Of a stretch of DNA of 64,000 bases, positions 38,305 through 47,527 are shown piece by piece. The stretch lies in NCBI GenBank assembly GCA_965220875.1, contig OZ244849.1:1815606-1879605 (forward strand). The letters run 5' to 3'. Made by a program: the position numbers and the translations under genes. The notes beneath the pieces were generated by a model. The model was not told where the DNA came from, did not search any database, and saw nothing but the letters and a program-made list of their open reading frames with translations. The stretch is from Gammaproteobacteria bacterium (GTDB lineage: Bacteria; Pseudomonadota; Gammaproteobacteria; UBA4575). How positions within the stretch are numbered: position 1 is the stretch's first letter; the number at the start of each line of letters is the position of its first letter.

Positions 38305-38632
38305 TTAAACCTCACCAGATGCTCTGAATTGCTGTATTGGTAGGAAGATCCGGTTGGTAGACTTCATAAAAATGATTGTATCCAGAAATTTTGCAGAGAA
38401 TCCCAGCAACACACTGTTTACACCAAATAATATACAGTTCCAGAACTACCTGCTAACCAAGTAGAACTGTCCGAATTCCTAATTACCGACTATGTATTTC
38501 TCCACCAAATTTATTTCTGCAACAAAATTCTCGACTCGTAATACTATCAGCTTCTGAGAATGAAGCTAACCCTTTCAAGAGACTATTCACTACAGCGATA
38601 ACTACAGATCCGGCTAGAAAATAACGATATCG

Positions 38633-39769
38633 CTACAAGTCATCCAGTATCGATCGTCTTACTGAATCCAAATCTGCATCGATAGTCTCAAGCCTGGTAT
38701 GACACTGCTTGATTGCGATATCTGGATCTTTCAGTCCATGCCCTGTCAAGGTACACACGACAGTGCTGCCATCCGGTACATTGCCTGACTCGATGTCATG
38801 CAGCGCGCCCGTAACCGAAGCAGCCGAAGCTGGCTCACAAAATATTCCCTCACTTGCTGCCAGCAGTCTTTGTGTATTCAAAATCTGCTCGTCGGAGAAT
38901 GATCGAAACCACCCATTTGATTCTTTTATCGCAGCTTGAGCAAAATCCCAGCTTTGCGGGTTACCAATACGGATTGCTGTAGCAACTGTTTGAGGCTTTT
39001 CAACCACTTCGCCAGTGATGAATGGTGCAGCACCTGATGCCTGGTAACCTAGCATCTTGGGCCTTGATGTTACTTTCGGTAGAGAAATAAATGTACAGTC
39101 GCCATTGCAAAAACCACAGGCCTGTGTGACATTTTGATTGTTCTCGGCTGCAAGTTCGGAATACCCTACCCAATGTGCAGATATATTCCCAGCATTACCT
39201 ACCGGCAGACAATGAAAATCCGGAGCACTTCCCAAGGTTTCCACGATCTCATATGAGGCAGTTTTCTGACCCTGCAAACGGTAAGGGTTAATCGAATTTA
39301 CAATTTTGACAGGAGTTTCGTCGGCAACTTTTCTCACCAGGGACATGCCATCATCAAAATTGCCACGAATCTGCAATATGATGGCTCCATGCATCATCGC
39401 CTGCGCGAGCTTACCCATTGCAATATTGCCTTCCGGTATGAGCACGAAAGCCTTAATTCCTGCCCTAGCCGCGTAAGCAGCAGCAGAAGCTGACGTGTTT
39501 CCTGTTGAAGCACAAATCACAGCATGACACCCTTCCGATACAGCCCGTGTGATCGCAACGGTCATTCCTCTGTCTTTGAATGACCCAGTAGGGTTCATAC
39601 CTTCGAGCTTCAGATACAGCTTGATTTCTTTCCTGTTGACGATGTCAAGATTTAGACATCGGACAAGTGGTGTATTTCCTTCATGAAGGCTGATAACCCT
39701 GCAATCCTCAGGCAAGGGTAATACCGAACGATACCTTTCTATCAGACCAGTGTATGAGCCCGCATCCAT
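38633..39769 (-). CDS. thrC: threonine synthase
   Basis: 378 aa. PLP motif NPTGSFKDRG. Confidence 0.92.
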   Translation of the reverse strand: MDAGSYTGLIERYRSVLPLPEDCRVISLHEGNTPLVRCLNLDIVNRKEIKLYLKLEGMNPTGSFKDRGMTVAITRAVSEGCHAVICASTGNTSASAAAYAARAGIKAFVLIPEGNIAMGKLAQAMMHGAIILQIRGNFDDGMSLVRKVADETPVKIVNSINPYRLQGQKTASYEIVETLGSAPDFHCLPVGNAGNISAHWVGYSELAAENNQNVTQACGFCNGDCTFISLPKVTSRPKMLGYQASGAAPFITGEVVEKPQTVATAIRIGNPQSWDFAQAAIKESNGWFRSFSDEQILNTQRLLAASEGIFCEPASAASVTGALHDIESGNVPDGSTVVCTLTGHGLKDPDIAIKQCHTRLETIDADLDSVRRSILDDL

Positions 39770-39782
39770 ATCACAAAATCAT

Positions 39783-41096
39783 TCAAGTAAGTGTTTCCAG
39801 TCGAATCAAGGTAATCCTGCTCGTAACAACATCCAGTTCTTCAATCTCTGCAATTGCGCCTTTCATGTTCTTCTCATTCACGCGGTGCGTAAGAATGATA
39901 ATCGGCACACTGGCAGCTCTAGCGTCCTGCTCCTTTTGGATGATAGCTTCAATACTAATTTTATGAGCAGCAAATATCCTTGTAACATCTGCCAGCACAC
40001 CGGGGCGGTCTAAAACATGTATGCGCAGGTAGTACGCAGTGTAAACTTCATCTATTGACAGGACCGGTATGTCAGATAATGAACCAGGCTGAAATGCCAA
40101 ATGCGGCACGCGATTTTCCGGGTCAGTTGTAAGCGCCCGCACAACGTCTACTAGGTCGGCCACAACAGCTGAGCCTGTAGGTTCAGCTCCAGCACCTGGA
40201 CCATAATACAGGCTTTGTCCCAAGGCATCCGCCTTGACTATCACTGCATTCATAACTCCATCCACATTGGCAATCAGTCTACTGCAAGGAATCAAGGCAG
40301 GATGTACCCTGAGTTCAAGTCCAGATTCAGTGCGTCTTGCGATCCCCAAGTGTTTGATTCTATATCCCAGCTCTGATGCATATGCGACGTCAATACCAGA
40401 GATTCCAGTAATTCCCTCGGTATGTACTTTTTCAAACTGCAAGGGGACTCCAAATGCAACAGATGCGAGTATCGTCAGCTTGTGGGCGGCATCAGTTCCC
40501 TGAATGTCGAAGCTAGGGTCTGCCTCAGCATAACCAAGCCGCTGGGCTTCCTTAAGCACTTCATCGAAATCCCTGCCTTTATCGCACATCTCGGTTAAAA
40601 TAAAGTTCCCGGTGCCATTGATTACTCCTGCAAGCCATAGTATGGAATTTGCGGCCAGGCCTTCGCGCAATGCCTTGATGATAGGTATTCCGCCTGCAAC
40701 TGCCGCCTCAAATGCAACCGCTACACCTTTGTCTTGTGCTCGTTGAAAAATTTCATTGCCATGAAACGCGATTAGAGCCTTATTTGCCGTCACTACATGC
40801 TTTCCATGGTCTATGGCCATGAGTACCAGCTTAAGTGCGTCATCTGTCCCACCCATCAGTTCCAGCACTATTTTGACGTCTGGATCACTTACTACTTTTT
40901 CAGGGTCAGCAGTAAGTGTCATGCCGGCAATATCACAGTCGCGCTGTTTGTTTAAATCACGTACACATGCGATGGATATACATATACCTCGACCAGCTCG
41001 GCGCGCAATTTCGTCAGCGTTGCGCTGCAATATACTCGCTGCACCGCTACCGACTGTACCTAATCCCAACACGCCGACTTTTACTGCTTCCAACAT
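39783..41096 (-). CDS. hom: homoserine dehydrogenase
   Basis: 437 aa. GLGTVGSG NAD site, central catalytic domain, and C-terminal ACT domain. Confidence 0.92.
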   Translation of the reverse strand: MLEAVKVGVLGLGTVGSGAASILQRNADEIARRAGRGICISIACVRDLNKQRDCDIAGMTLTADPEKVVSDPDVKIVLELMGGTDDALKLVLMAIDHGKHVVTANKALIAFHGNEIFQRAQDKGVAVAFEAAVAGGIPIIKALREGLAANSILWLAGVINGTGNFILTEMCDKGRDFDEVLKEAQRLGYAEADPSFDIQGTDAAHKLTILASVAFGVPLQFEKVHTEGITGISGIDVAYASELGYRIKHLGIARRTESGLELRVHPALIPCSRLIANVDGVMNAVIVKADALGQSLYYGPGAGAEPTGSAVVADLVDVVRALTTDPENRVPHLAFQPGSLSDIPVLSIDEVYTAYYLRIHVLDRPGVLADVTRIFAAHKISIEAIIQKEQDARAASVPIIILTHRVNEKNMKGAIAEIEELDVVTSRITLIRLETLT

Positions 41097-41352
41097 TTTC
41101 TAGCTTTTACTTGATGTATTGATGTTCTACTTGTCGTTTTGCAAAGAAAACAAGCCCCATTCTCCTGCCTAGACAAGTTTCAAAGAGTAACCTGGTTCAC
41201 CAGAACTTAAAGTTTTTAACGTTTGTTAGTATGCAAACATAGGATATTACAGTAAGAAATGTGTCGTTACCCAGCCATGCCTGAACCTTTTGTCGTGTAG
41301 CGATACCTGATGCTAAGAGCTTTACAAATGCATATTTCGGCAGGCGTTGCCA

Positions 41353-42534
41353 TTAAGCTCCTTTTTTCAGCATTTTCCGAATACTCCGAACAGCTTGCCG
41401 TGTACGATGCTGATTTTCTATCAAGCTAAACCGAACATGCGAGTCCCCATGCTGACCAAACCCAATTCCAGGGGATACTGCAACATGGGCTTCTTTCAGT
41501 AATATTTTTGAAAACTCGAGTGAACCCAATTGACGATAAGGCTCGGGAATCTTGGCCCATACAAACATTGTAGCCATAGGCTTCGTAACTTCCCATCCTG
41601 CATTGTTCAGGCCTTCACACAATATATCACGTCGATGTTTGTAGGTTGCACACACTTCTTCTATAACATCCCGAGAACTGTCCAAGGCAGTAATGGATGC
41701 AACCTGGATAGGCGTGAAAATACCATAGTCCAGATAGGATTTCAGTCGTGCCAGTGCCTCAACCAGAGAAGAGTTCCCACACATAAACCCAACTCTCCAG
41801 CCGGGCATATTGTATGTCTTGGACATTGAATAAAATTCAACTGCAATCTCTTTTGCACCCGGTACCTGCAATACAGAGGGAGCTTTATAACCATCAAAAG
41901 TGATTTCTGCATATGCAATATCGTGGACCAGCCATATCGCATGTTCTTTGGCAATTTCCACAATTTTCACCAAGAACGCCAAGTCTACGCATTTTGTTGT
42001 CGGGTTACACGGGAAATTCAAAATCAACATCTTTGGCATAGGCCAAGACCCTTTTATGGCTTTTTCCAATTCGAAAAAAAATTCTTCGTCTTCCGCTAAC
42101 GGGACATAAATAATTTCTGCTCCAGCAATTACGCAGCCATATGGGTGAATGGGATAGGCAGGATCCGGTACTAGTACAGCATCACCTGGCCCGACAACTG
42201 AAAGAGCCAAATGCGCCAGGCCTTCTTTCGATCCAATGGTCACAATGGCTTCTGTCTCTGGATCAATTACGACGTTGAATTTCCGCATGTACCAATCGGA
42301 TATTGCCTTGCGTAACTTCGGGATTCCGCGAGATAGCGAATACCGATGTGTGTCCTCCCTCAAAACAACTTGTGCGAGTTTTTCTGAAATATGCTTCGGA
42401 GGCGGCTGGTCAGGATTGCCCATGCCAAAATCAACGATATCCTCACCACGAGCCCTGGCGCTGGATTTAAGCTCATTTACGATATTAAATACGTAGGGAG
42501 GAAGACGTGAAATTCTTGCAAAATTATTCATCAA
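41353..42534 (-). CDS. alaC: class I/II PLP aminotransferase (AlaC / aspartate aminotransferase-like)
   Basis: 393 aa. GNPD, and [14 protein letters not shown] carrying the PLP lysine. Confidence 0.8.
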   Translation of the reverse strand: MMNNFARISRLPPYVFNIVNELKSSARARGEDIVDFGMGNPDQPPPKHISEKLAQVVLREDTHRYSLSRGIPKLRKAISDWYMRKFNVVIDPETEAIVTIGSKEGLAHLALSVVGPGDAVLVPDPAYPIHPYGCVIAGAEIIYVPLAEDEEFFFELEKAIKGSWPMPKMLILNFPCNPTTKCVDLAFLVKIVEIAKEHAIWLVHDIAYAEITFDGYKAPSVLQVPGAKEIAVEFYSMSKTYNMPGWRVGFMCGNSSLVEALARLKSYLDYGIFTPIQVASITALDSSRDVIEEVCATYKHRRDILCEGLNNAGWEVTKPMATMFVWAKIPEPYRQLGSLEFSKILLKEAHVAVSPGIGFGQHGDSHVRFSLIENQHRTRQAVRSIRKMLKKGA

Positions 42535-42636
42535 GTTCCCTGATCATTATCAGTACAAGGTATAATACTTCGTGAACTCCAAGCTTAATTATCATTTTAT
42601 ACCCGCTCACTCTATATTCATCCACTTGTAGCATAG

Positions 42637-43011
42637 ATGGATATAACCAGAGACTTCAGCGATTCTGAGTTTGCAATTACTGGCTATCAAAACGGCCAGG
42701 TACTGATCAACAATGAACCTTATTCCAAAAGCCTCATTGTCTGCCCAGACAGACTGATCACCACCTGGAATGTACACCACATTCACCAACTCAAGCCCAG
42801 TACACTGTCTGTAATGCTCGACCTGCAGCCGGAAGTTGTCCTGATTGGCACAGGAGAAAAGATGTGCTGCCCTATGGGTGTAACGATGGCTTGGTTCGCC
42901 AAACAAAAAATTGGACTTGAAACTATGAGTACTGCAGCTGTCTGTAGAACATTCGGTTTCTTAGTCTCAGAAGGAAGACGAGCAGCCGCTGCTTTCATAT
43001 TCCCTGATTAG
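42637..43011 (+). CDS. Mth938-like (DUF498) protein
   Basis: 124 aa. The I..Y..G...IN...Y..SLIV.P pattern and EVVLIGTGEK match the family. Confidence 0.6.
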   Translation: MDITRDFSDSEFAITGYQNGQVLINNEPYSKSLIVCPDRLITTWNVHHIHQLKPSTLSVMLDLQPEVVLIGTGEKMCCPMGVTMAWFAKQKIGLETMSTAAVCRTFGFLVSEGRRAAAAFIFPD

Positions 43012-43017
43012 ACTCCA

Positions 43018-43779
43018 TCATTCTTTTGGAAGATAGCGCAACGGATCAACAGGCTTGCCAAACTTGCGGATCTCGAAATGTAGCCTGGGAGAATTTGTTC
43101 CTGTGCTTCCGAGCTCTGCAATCTTTTGCCCACGAGTAACCACTTTTCCCTCCTTGACAAGCAACCGGCTGTTATGTGCATAGGCACTCAGATACTGTTC
43201 ACTGTGCTTTACTATGATCAGGTTACCGTATCCAGGTAGTCCGCTGCCACTGTATACGACTTTCCCTGAAGAAGCGGCTAGGACTGCCTGACCTACCTTC
43301 CCTGAAATGTCGATTCCTTTATTGCCTCTTCCTTTCACAGAGAATTTCCGAATTACTTTCCCTCTGGTTGGCCAAGTCCACCCGTGCTGAGCCTGTTTTG
43401 CTATGGTGGATGGTTTGATGGAATCTTTTGTTTGCTGCTTTATTGGCTTTCGATTTGTGGCTGCTGCAGCTGCAGGCACTTCAGTCCTCTTTCTGGTAAC
43501 TGAGCTGAGTCTACGATCTTTTGACGGGGCGGATAGCTTAAGCAGAATCTTTTGCCCCGGAAAAATTGTGTACGGCTTTCCAATTTTATTCCATGCAGCC
43601 AGTTCCTGGTAATCTAATCCATGTTGGTAGGCAATCGAGTACAGGGTATCTCCTTTAAGCACTGTATGATACTTTTTTTCATACTGGTAATAGACTGGCC
43701 TGTCTGGCTCTGTCGAGCACGCAGCCAGAATGCATGAGATGATTATTGCGGTTGCAAGTCGCGCGCGAACACACATCAA
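43018..43779 (-). CDS. nlpD: NlpD-like murein hydrolase activator (lipoprotein, LysM + M23)
   Basis: 253 aa. Lipobox ILAAC, LysM YHTVLKGDTLYSIAYQHGLDYQELAAWN, and M23 LHFEIRKFGKPVDP. Confidence 0.85.
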   Translation of the reverse strand: MMCVRARLATAIIISCILAACSTEPDRPVYYQYEKKYHTVLKGDTLYSIAYQHGLDYQELAAWNKIGKPYTIFPGQKILLKLSAPSKDRRLSSVTRKRTEVPAAAAATNRKPIKQQTKDSIKPSTIAKQAQHGWTWPTRGKVIRKFSVKGRGNKGIDISGKVGQAVLAASSGKVVYSGSGLPGYGNLIIVKHSEQYLSAYAHNSRLLVKEGKVVTRGQKIAELGSTGTNSPRLHFEIRKFGKPVDPLRYLPKE

Positions 43780-44360
43780 TGGAAATACATGGAGTAACTA
43801 AGAACCAAAACAAGCAGTAGTACTGTTATCCAACCCAGCACTTCTACATGCTTCATAACCCAGGGTTCGAACTTAGGCCCAGCATACTTAAGCAATCCTG
43901 CAACCAGAAAAAATCGGGCTCCCCTTCCAATAAAGGATGCAGCTAAAAACGGGATAATCGCGAGAGACAAGAATCCGGCAGTGATTGTAAACAACTTATA
44001 TGGAATGGGGGAAAATCCTGCAACTAAAATGATCCACACCCCCCACTCACCAAGCCAAGCTTTCGTAGTTTCAAATTCTGGCCAGTAGGAAGAGCTTTGC
44101 AGCCAAGGCTCGATATATTCATACGCAAAAGCTCCAATCGCATATCCGAATACACCGCCTAAAACAGAGGCAACCGTTGTAAGAAACGCAAACCACCAGG
44201 CGCGGTCTGGCCTTGCTACTGACATAGGTGCAAGCAATACATCCGGTGGCACTGGGAAAAAAGATGACTCTATAAAACTTAATCCAGCCAGATAGTAGCT
44301 TGCATGAGGATGCTTAGAATAGGCCATCATTTTTTCCCAGAGGCTTGCAAACATAACCAT
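43776..44360 (-). CDS. yqaA: YqaA-family (DedA/SNARE-associated-like) membrane protein
   Basis: 194 aa. ESSFFPVPPDVLL motif. Overlaps the nlpD start by 4 nt. Confidence 0.7.
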   Translation of the reverse strand: MVMFASLWEKMMAYSKHPHASYYLAGLSFIESSFFPVPPDVLLAPMSVARPDRAWWFAFLTTVASVLGGVFGYAIGAFAYEYIEPWLQSSSYWPEFETTKAWLGEWGVWIILVAGFSPIPYKLFTITAGFLSLAIIPFLAASFIGRGARFFLVAGLLKYAGPKFEPWVMKHVEVLGWITVLLLVLVLSYSMYFH

Positions 44361-44369
44361 TACAAGTTG

Positions 44370-45041
44370 CTACGAGCTAACCATACCCTGGATCAATGGC
44401 ACAAAACTCACGCCCCCTAGGTTTTCCTGTTCAAGACATCCATGGACCTTGCGCAGCAGAACCAAGTTCTGTGAACCCGGTGACTCACCTACAGGAATCA
44501 CAAGCCGTCCATTTTCTGCCAGCTGATCTATAAGCGCAGATGGAATTTCGCTTGGTGCTGCAGTCACCACTACCGCATCATATGGAGCATAGCCTTCCCA
44601 GCCCATGACCCCATCCGACAACTTGAACCTGATATTGCGCAAACCCAGACGCATTGCCCGTAATCGTGCCTGCCGATAGAGGGGCTCAATTCGTTCAACA
44701 GTGTAAACTTGGTCAACCAGTGCAGCGAGAACTGCTGCTTGATAACCCGACCCGGTACCTATCTCTAGAACTTTTTTTGGTACGCCATCGAACATTATTG
44801 CCTGCGTCATACAGGCAACAACATAAGGTTGCGAAATTGTCTGCTTGTGGCCAATAGGCAAGGCAATGTCTTCGTAGGCGCGTGAAGACAAGGCTTCGTC
44901 TACAAACAGGTGCCTTGGCGTCATACGCAAAGCTTCCAGTACACGTGTGTCCTGGATGCCACGCGCTTTCAGGCGTGCAACCAAACGATCACGTGTGCGC
45001 TGCGAAGTCATGCCTTTCCCTTCTAGTTGCATGCGCTTCAC
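44370..45041 (-). CDS. pcm: protein-L-isoaspartate O-methyltransferase
   Basis: SAM motif VLEIGTGSGYQAAVLA, and TISQPY. The true start may be the internal ATG at 45011 (MTSQRTRDRL). Confidence 0.9.
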   Translation of the reverse strand: MKRMQLEGKGMTSQRTRDRLVARLKARGIQDTRVLEALRMTPRHLFVDEALSSRAYEDIALPIGHKQTISQPYVVACMTQAIMFDGVPKKVLEIGTGSGYQAAVLAALVDQVYTVERIEPLYRQARLRAMRLGLRNIRFKLSDGVMGWEGYAPYDAVVVTAAPSEIPSALIDQLAENGRLVIPVGESPGSQNLVLLRKVHGCLEQENLGGVSFVPLIQGMVSS

Positions 45042-45063
45042 GAGTTACTGAGTTACCAGATGA

Positions 45064-45819
45064 TCAAGTTATCTTGCACTCGGATATCCAGTCCTCTACA
45101 GGTTTCATAGCCTTGTAATGAGTAAGGTCAAGGTGCAAAGGCGTAACTGAAACATACCCGTTTTTGACTGCATGAAAATCTGTGCCAGGACCGGCATCCT
45201 GCTCAGGTCCTGCCGCACCTACCCAATATATGGGCTTCCCGCGCGGGTCAAAAGATTTGATCACCGGTTCGGCCTTGTGTCGACTGCCTAGGCGGGTAGT
45301 CTTCATGCCTCGCATTTCATGTTTTGGCACATCAGGTATATTGACGTTTATAATCAAATCTTGCGGCAACTGCTTCGTAGCAAGCTTGGAGATAATTTCA
45401 TGGCTTACTTTCGCGCAGACTGACAAATTGCATGGCCTGCGAGAAGTGGCTGAAATGGCTACTGCTGGCAAACCCAAGAAACGACCCTCCATGGCAGCAG
45501 CAACCGTGCCAGAATATATCACGTCATCCCCCAGGTTGGCTCCCATGTTGATCCCTGCAATAACTATGTCAGGCTCGTCTTCAATCAAGCCTGTAATCGC
45601 AAGATGTACACAATCCGTGGGGGTACCCTCAATGCTATACCAGTTTTCTGTAGCTGAATATGCACGAATTGGCGCATCAAGCGTCAGGGAGTTGCTGGAT
45701 GCGCTATGGTCTCGGCTTGGAGCCACTACAGTAATCTTGCCCAAGGGCGAGAGTGCTTTTGCCAGGACCTTAAGCCCTTCTGAATTTATACCATCATCAT
45801 TGCTGAGTAACAGATGCAT
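45064..45819 (-). CDS. surE: 5'/3'-nucleotidase SurE
   Basis: 251 aa. MHLLLSNDDGI, GINMGANLGDDVIYSGTVAAAMEG. Confidence 0.92.
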   Translation of the reverse strand: MHLLLSNDDGINSEGLKVLAKALSPLGKITVVAPSRDHSASSNSLTLDAPIRAYSATENWYSIEGTPTDCVHLAITGLIEDEPDIVIAGINMGANLGDDVIYSGTVAAAMEGRFLGLPAVAISATSRRPCNLSVCAKVSHEIISKLATKQLPQDLIINVNIPDVPKHEMRGMKTTRLGSRHKAEPVIKSFDPRGKPIYWVGAAGPEQDAGPGTDFHAVKNGYVSVTPLHLDLTHYKAMKPVEDWISECKIT

Positions 45820-45913
45820 TGCTACCGTGAAAAATTGTTACTGTGGGAAGTAGAATCAAACTAAAATATGTCACGAATCCTAGCAAATTAATGCGCCAAA
45901 ATGGAATTTATAT

Positions 45914-46471
45914 ATGTCACGGCAGAACCACTCTCGTCCAGGAAAACAGACTCGTTTTGCTGATCTCATCAGGAATGTAAAACCCCTGGGCTCGAATCAT
46001 TCAAATCGAGTTGAAGAGAGGGGTGTGCCCAAACCCTCTCCGATTCCCAGAGAAACTCTGAAGGACCAGGTGAAAGTATTGGAGGAATCTCTTGATGTAA
46101 GTCTGGAATTTGAAGACCTGCAACCTGGTGACAGCCTGTCATTTCGTGGGCACAGAATTCAGAAAAGTACATTTCGAAAACTTAAAAAAGGACAATACAG
46201 TGTAGGGGCTGAACTTGATTTACACGGTATGACAATCACAGAAGCCCAGTCAGCTATCACACGCTTCCTGCGAGCTGCCCGCGAGGACAACATTCGCTGT
46301 GTCCAGATTATCCATGGCAAGGGTCATGGCTCCAGCAACAAAGGACCAAAACTTAAACCCATGGTCAATCAATGGCTGCGAAAAAGAAGTGAAGTACTGG
46401 CTTTTTGCTCTGCTAGACCTACTGATGGGGGTACGGGAGCAGTCTATGTGTTATTGAAATCCATTGCCTGA
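45914..46471 (+). CDS. smrA: Smr-domain protein
   Basis: 185 aa. ELDLHGMTITEAQSAI...VQIIHGKGHGS. Confidence 0.8.
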   Translation: MSRQNHSRPGKQTRFADLIRNVKPLGSNHSNRVEERGVPKPSPIPRETLKDQVKVLEESLDVSLEFEDLQPGDSLSFRGHRIQKSTFRKLKKGQYSVGAELDLHGMTITEAQSAITRFLRAAREDNIRCVQIIHGKGHGSSNKGPKLKPMVNQWLRKRSEVLAFCSARPTDGGTGAVYVLLKSIA

Positions 46472-46822
46472 AGCCAAACGAAACCCAAATAGGATGTAGA
46501 GACCAAGCCAATACTGCACCAGAAAGGCACGGCTTCTCGGCTACGACCAGCTGATGACCGGCTCTTTTGACTATCCCTATACTGATTACATTGACCCGGA
46601 GCCTGCTGGCTACCTTGGATCTTCATTTTCAAACCAGTAAGAATATTCTTTTCCTGCGTTGAAAGAGAATAATTTCATGCTGGCCTAAGGTCAGTAACTC
46701 CAACCGGGACGAAGTGCTGTCATTGCGTTGGGCAGCCTTGAAAATGTCTCCCAGGTACTAGAATGATACCCCCGTATCATACCTAGACTTGCGGAAATCA
46801 GTACAAGGCCAGCTATACCTTG

Positions 46823-47320
46823 CTACTCCATCAGTCGCCTGTACGCATTTGTCCCCTTCAATGCAGCGTTATCTTCTACATAGTCTAAAGGGGTTTTATC
46901 TGATTCTTTGTCTCGTATATCTGTTTTAGCACCAGCATCCAGCAACACGTTAACAATTGCCGGATTAGAGTTGTTAAACGCAGCAGCGTGAAGCGGTGTA
47001 CCGCCGCCTTTATCCTGAGCATTCGGGTCGGCACCATTGTCCAGCAACGCTGTGATGACAGAAGGATTTTTACTGGACCAGGCTCCCCAGTGCAAGGGAG
47101 TTGCCCCCCATTCATGGTCTGCTGCCTGCAAATTTGCTCCTGCATTCAGCAAAGTCTTAACAACAGCTGGATCACTGTTGAATGCAGCTGCAAAATGCAG
47201 CGGAGTGTAGCCACATTGATCCTGCGCATTGACATCAGCCCCCGAACTGAGTCTAGACGTCACGGCTGCCACAGTTGCAATCTCAAAAAAATCAATCGTA
47301 TTCCAGTCCAGATCTTCCAT
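46823..47320 (-). CDS. ankyrin-repeat protein (about 4 repeats), no signal peptide
   Basis: 165 aa. Repeated G.TPLH.AA.....P..V..LL.AGA..N motif. Confidence 0.85.
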   Translation of the reverse strand: MEDLDWNTIDFFEIATVAAVTSRLSSGADVNAQDQCGYTPLHFAAAFNSDPAVVKTLLNAGANLQAADHEWGATPLHWGAWSSKNPSVITALLDNGADPNAQDKGGGTPLHAAAFNNSNPAIVNVLLDAGAKTDIRDKESDKTPLDYVEDNAALKGTNAYRRLME

Positions 47321-47527
47321 CTCGTTTGTCTTGAATCAAACCTACCAAAAATTGAACTCTAATACACAGATTATGGCACACCTATCCTCTCATCAGGATA
47401 CAGTGTGAGAAGCCTTAATAGGATAGCCTCTCGCAAGCGAGACGTCTAATCAAATGTGGGACAGGCAGCTAAATTTTCTTCGCTTACCTGCTCTACGGCT
47501 CCACAGTAGATTACATGACTGATTTTG

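Noticed and set aside
37529-38308. 259-aa ORF antisense to the REC-PP2C gene. A similar 223-aa ORF (45182-45853) lies antisense to surE.
   Set aside because: Both are Ser/Thr/Ile-rich, low-complexity and fully nested opposite well-supported genes in the typical shadow frame. Neither has an SD or any recognisable motif.
46500-46640. Plus-strand frame ending ..LLGYDQLMTGSFDYPYTDYIDPEPAGYLGSSFSNQ. The Tyr/Asp-rich 28-aa peptide was considered as a RiPP precursor. The 62-aa minus ORF 46444-46632 was also considered.
   Set aside because: No SD, no adjacent maturation enzymes, and no known precursor motif.
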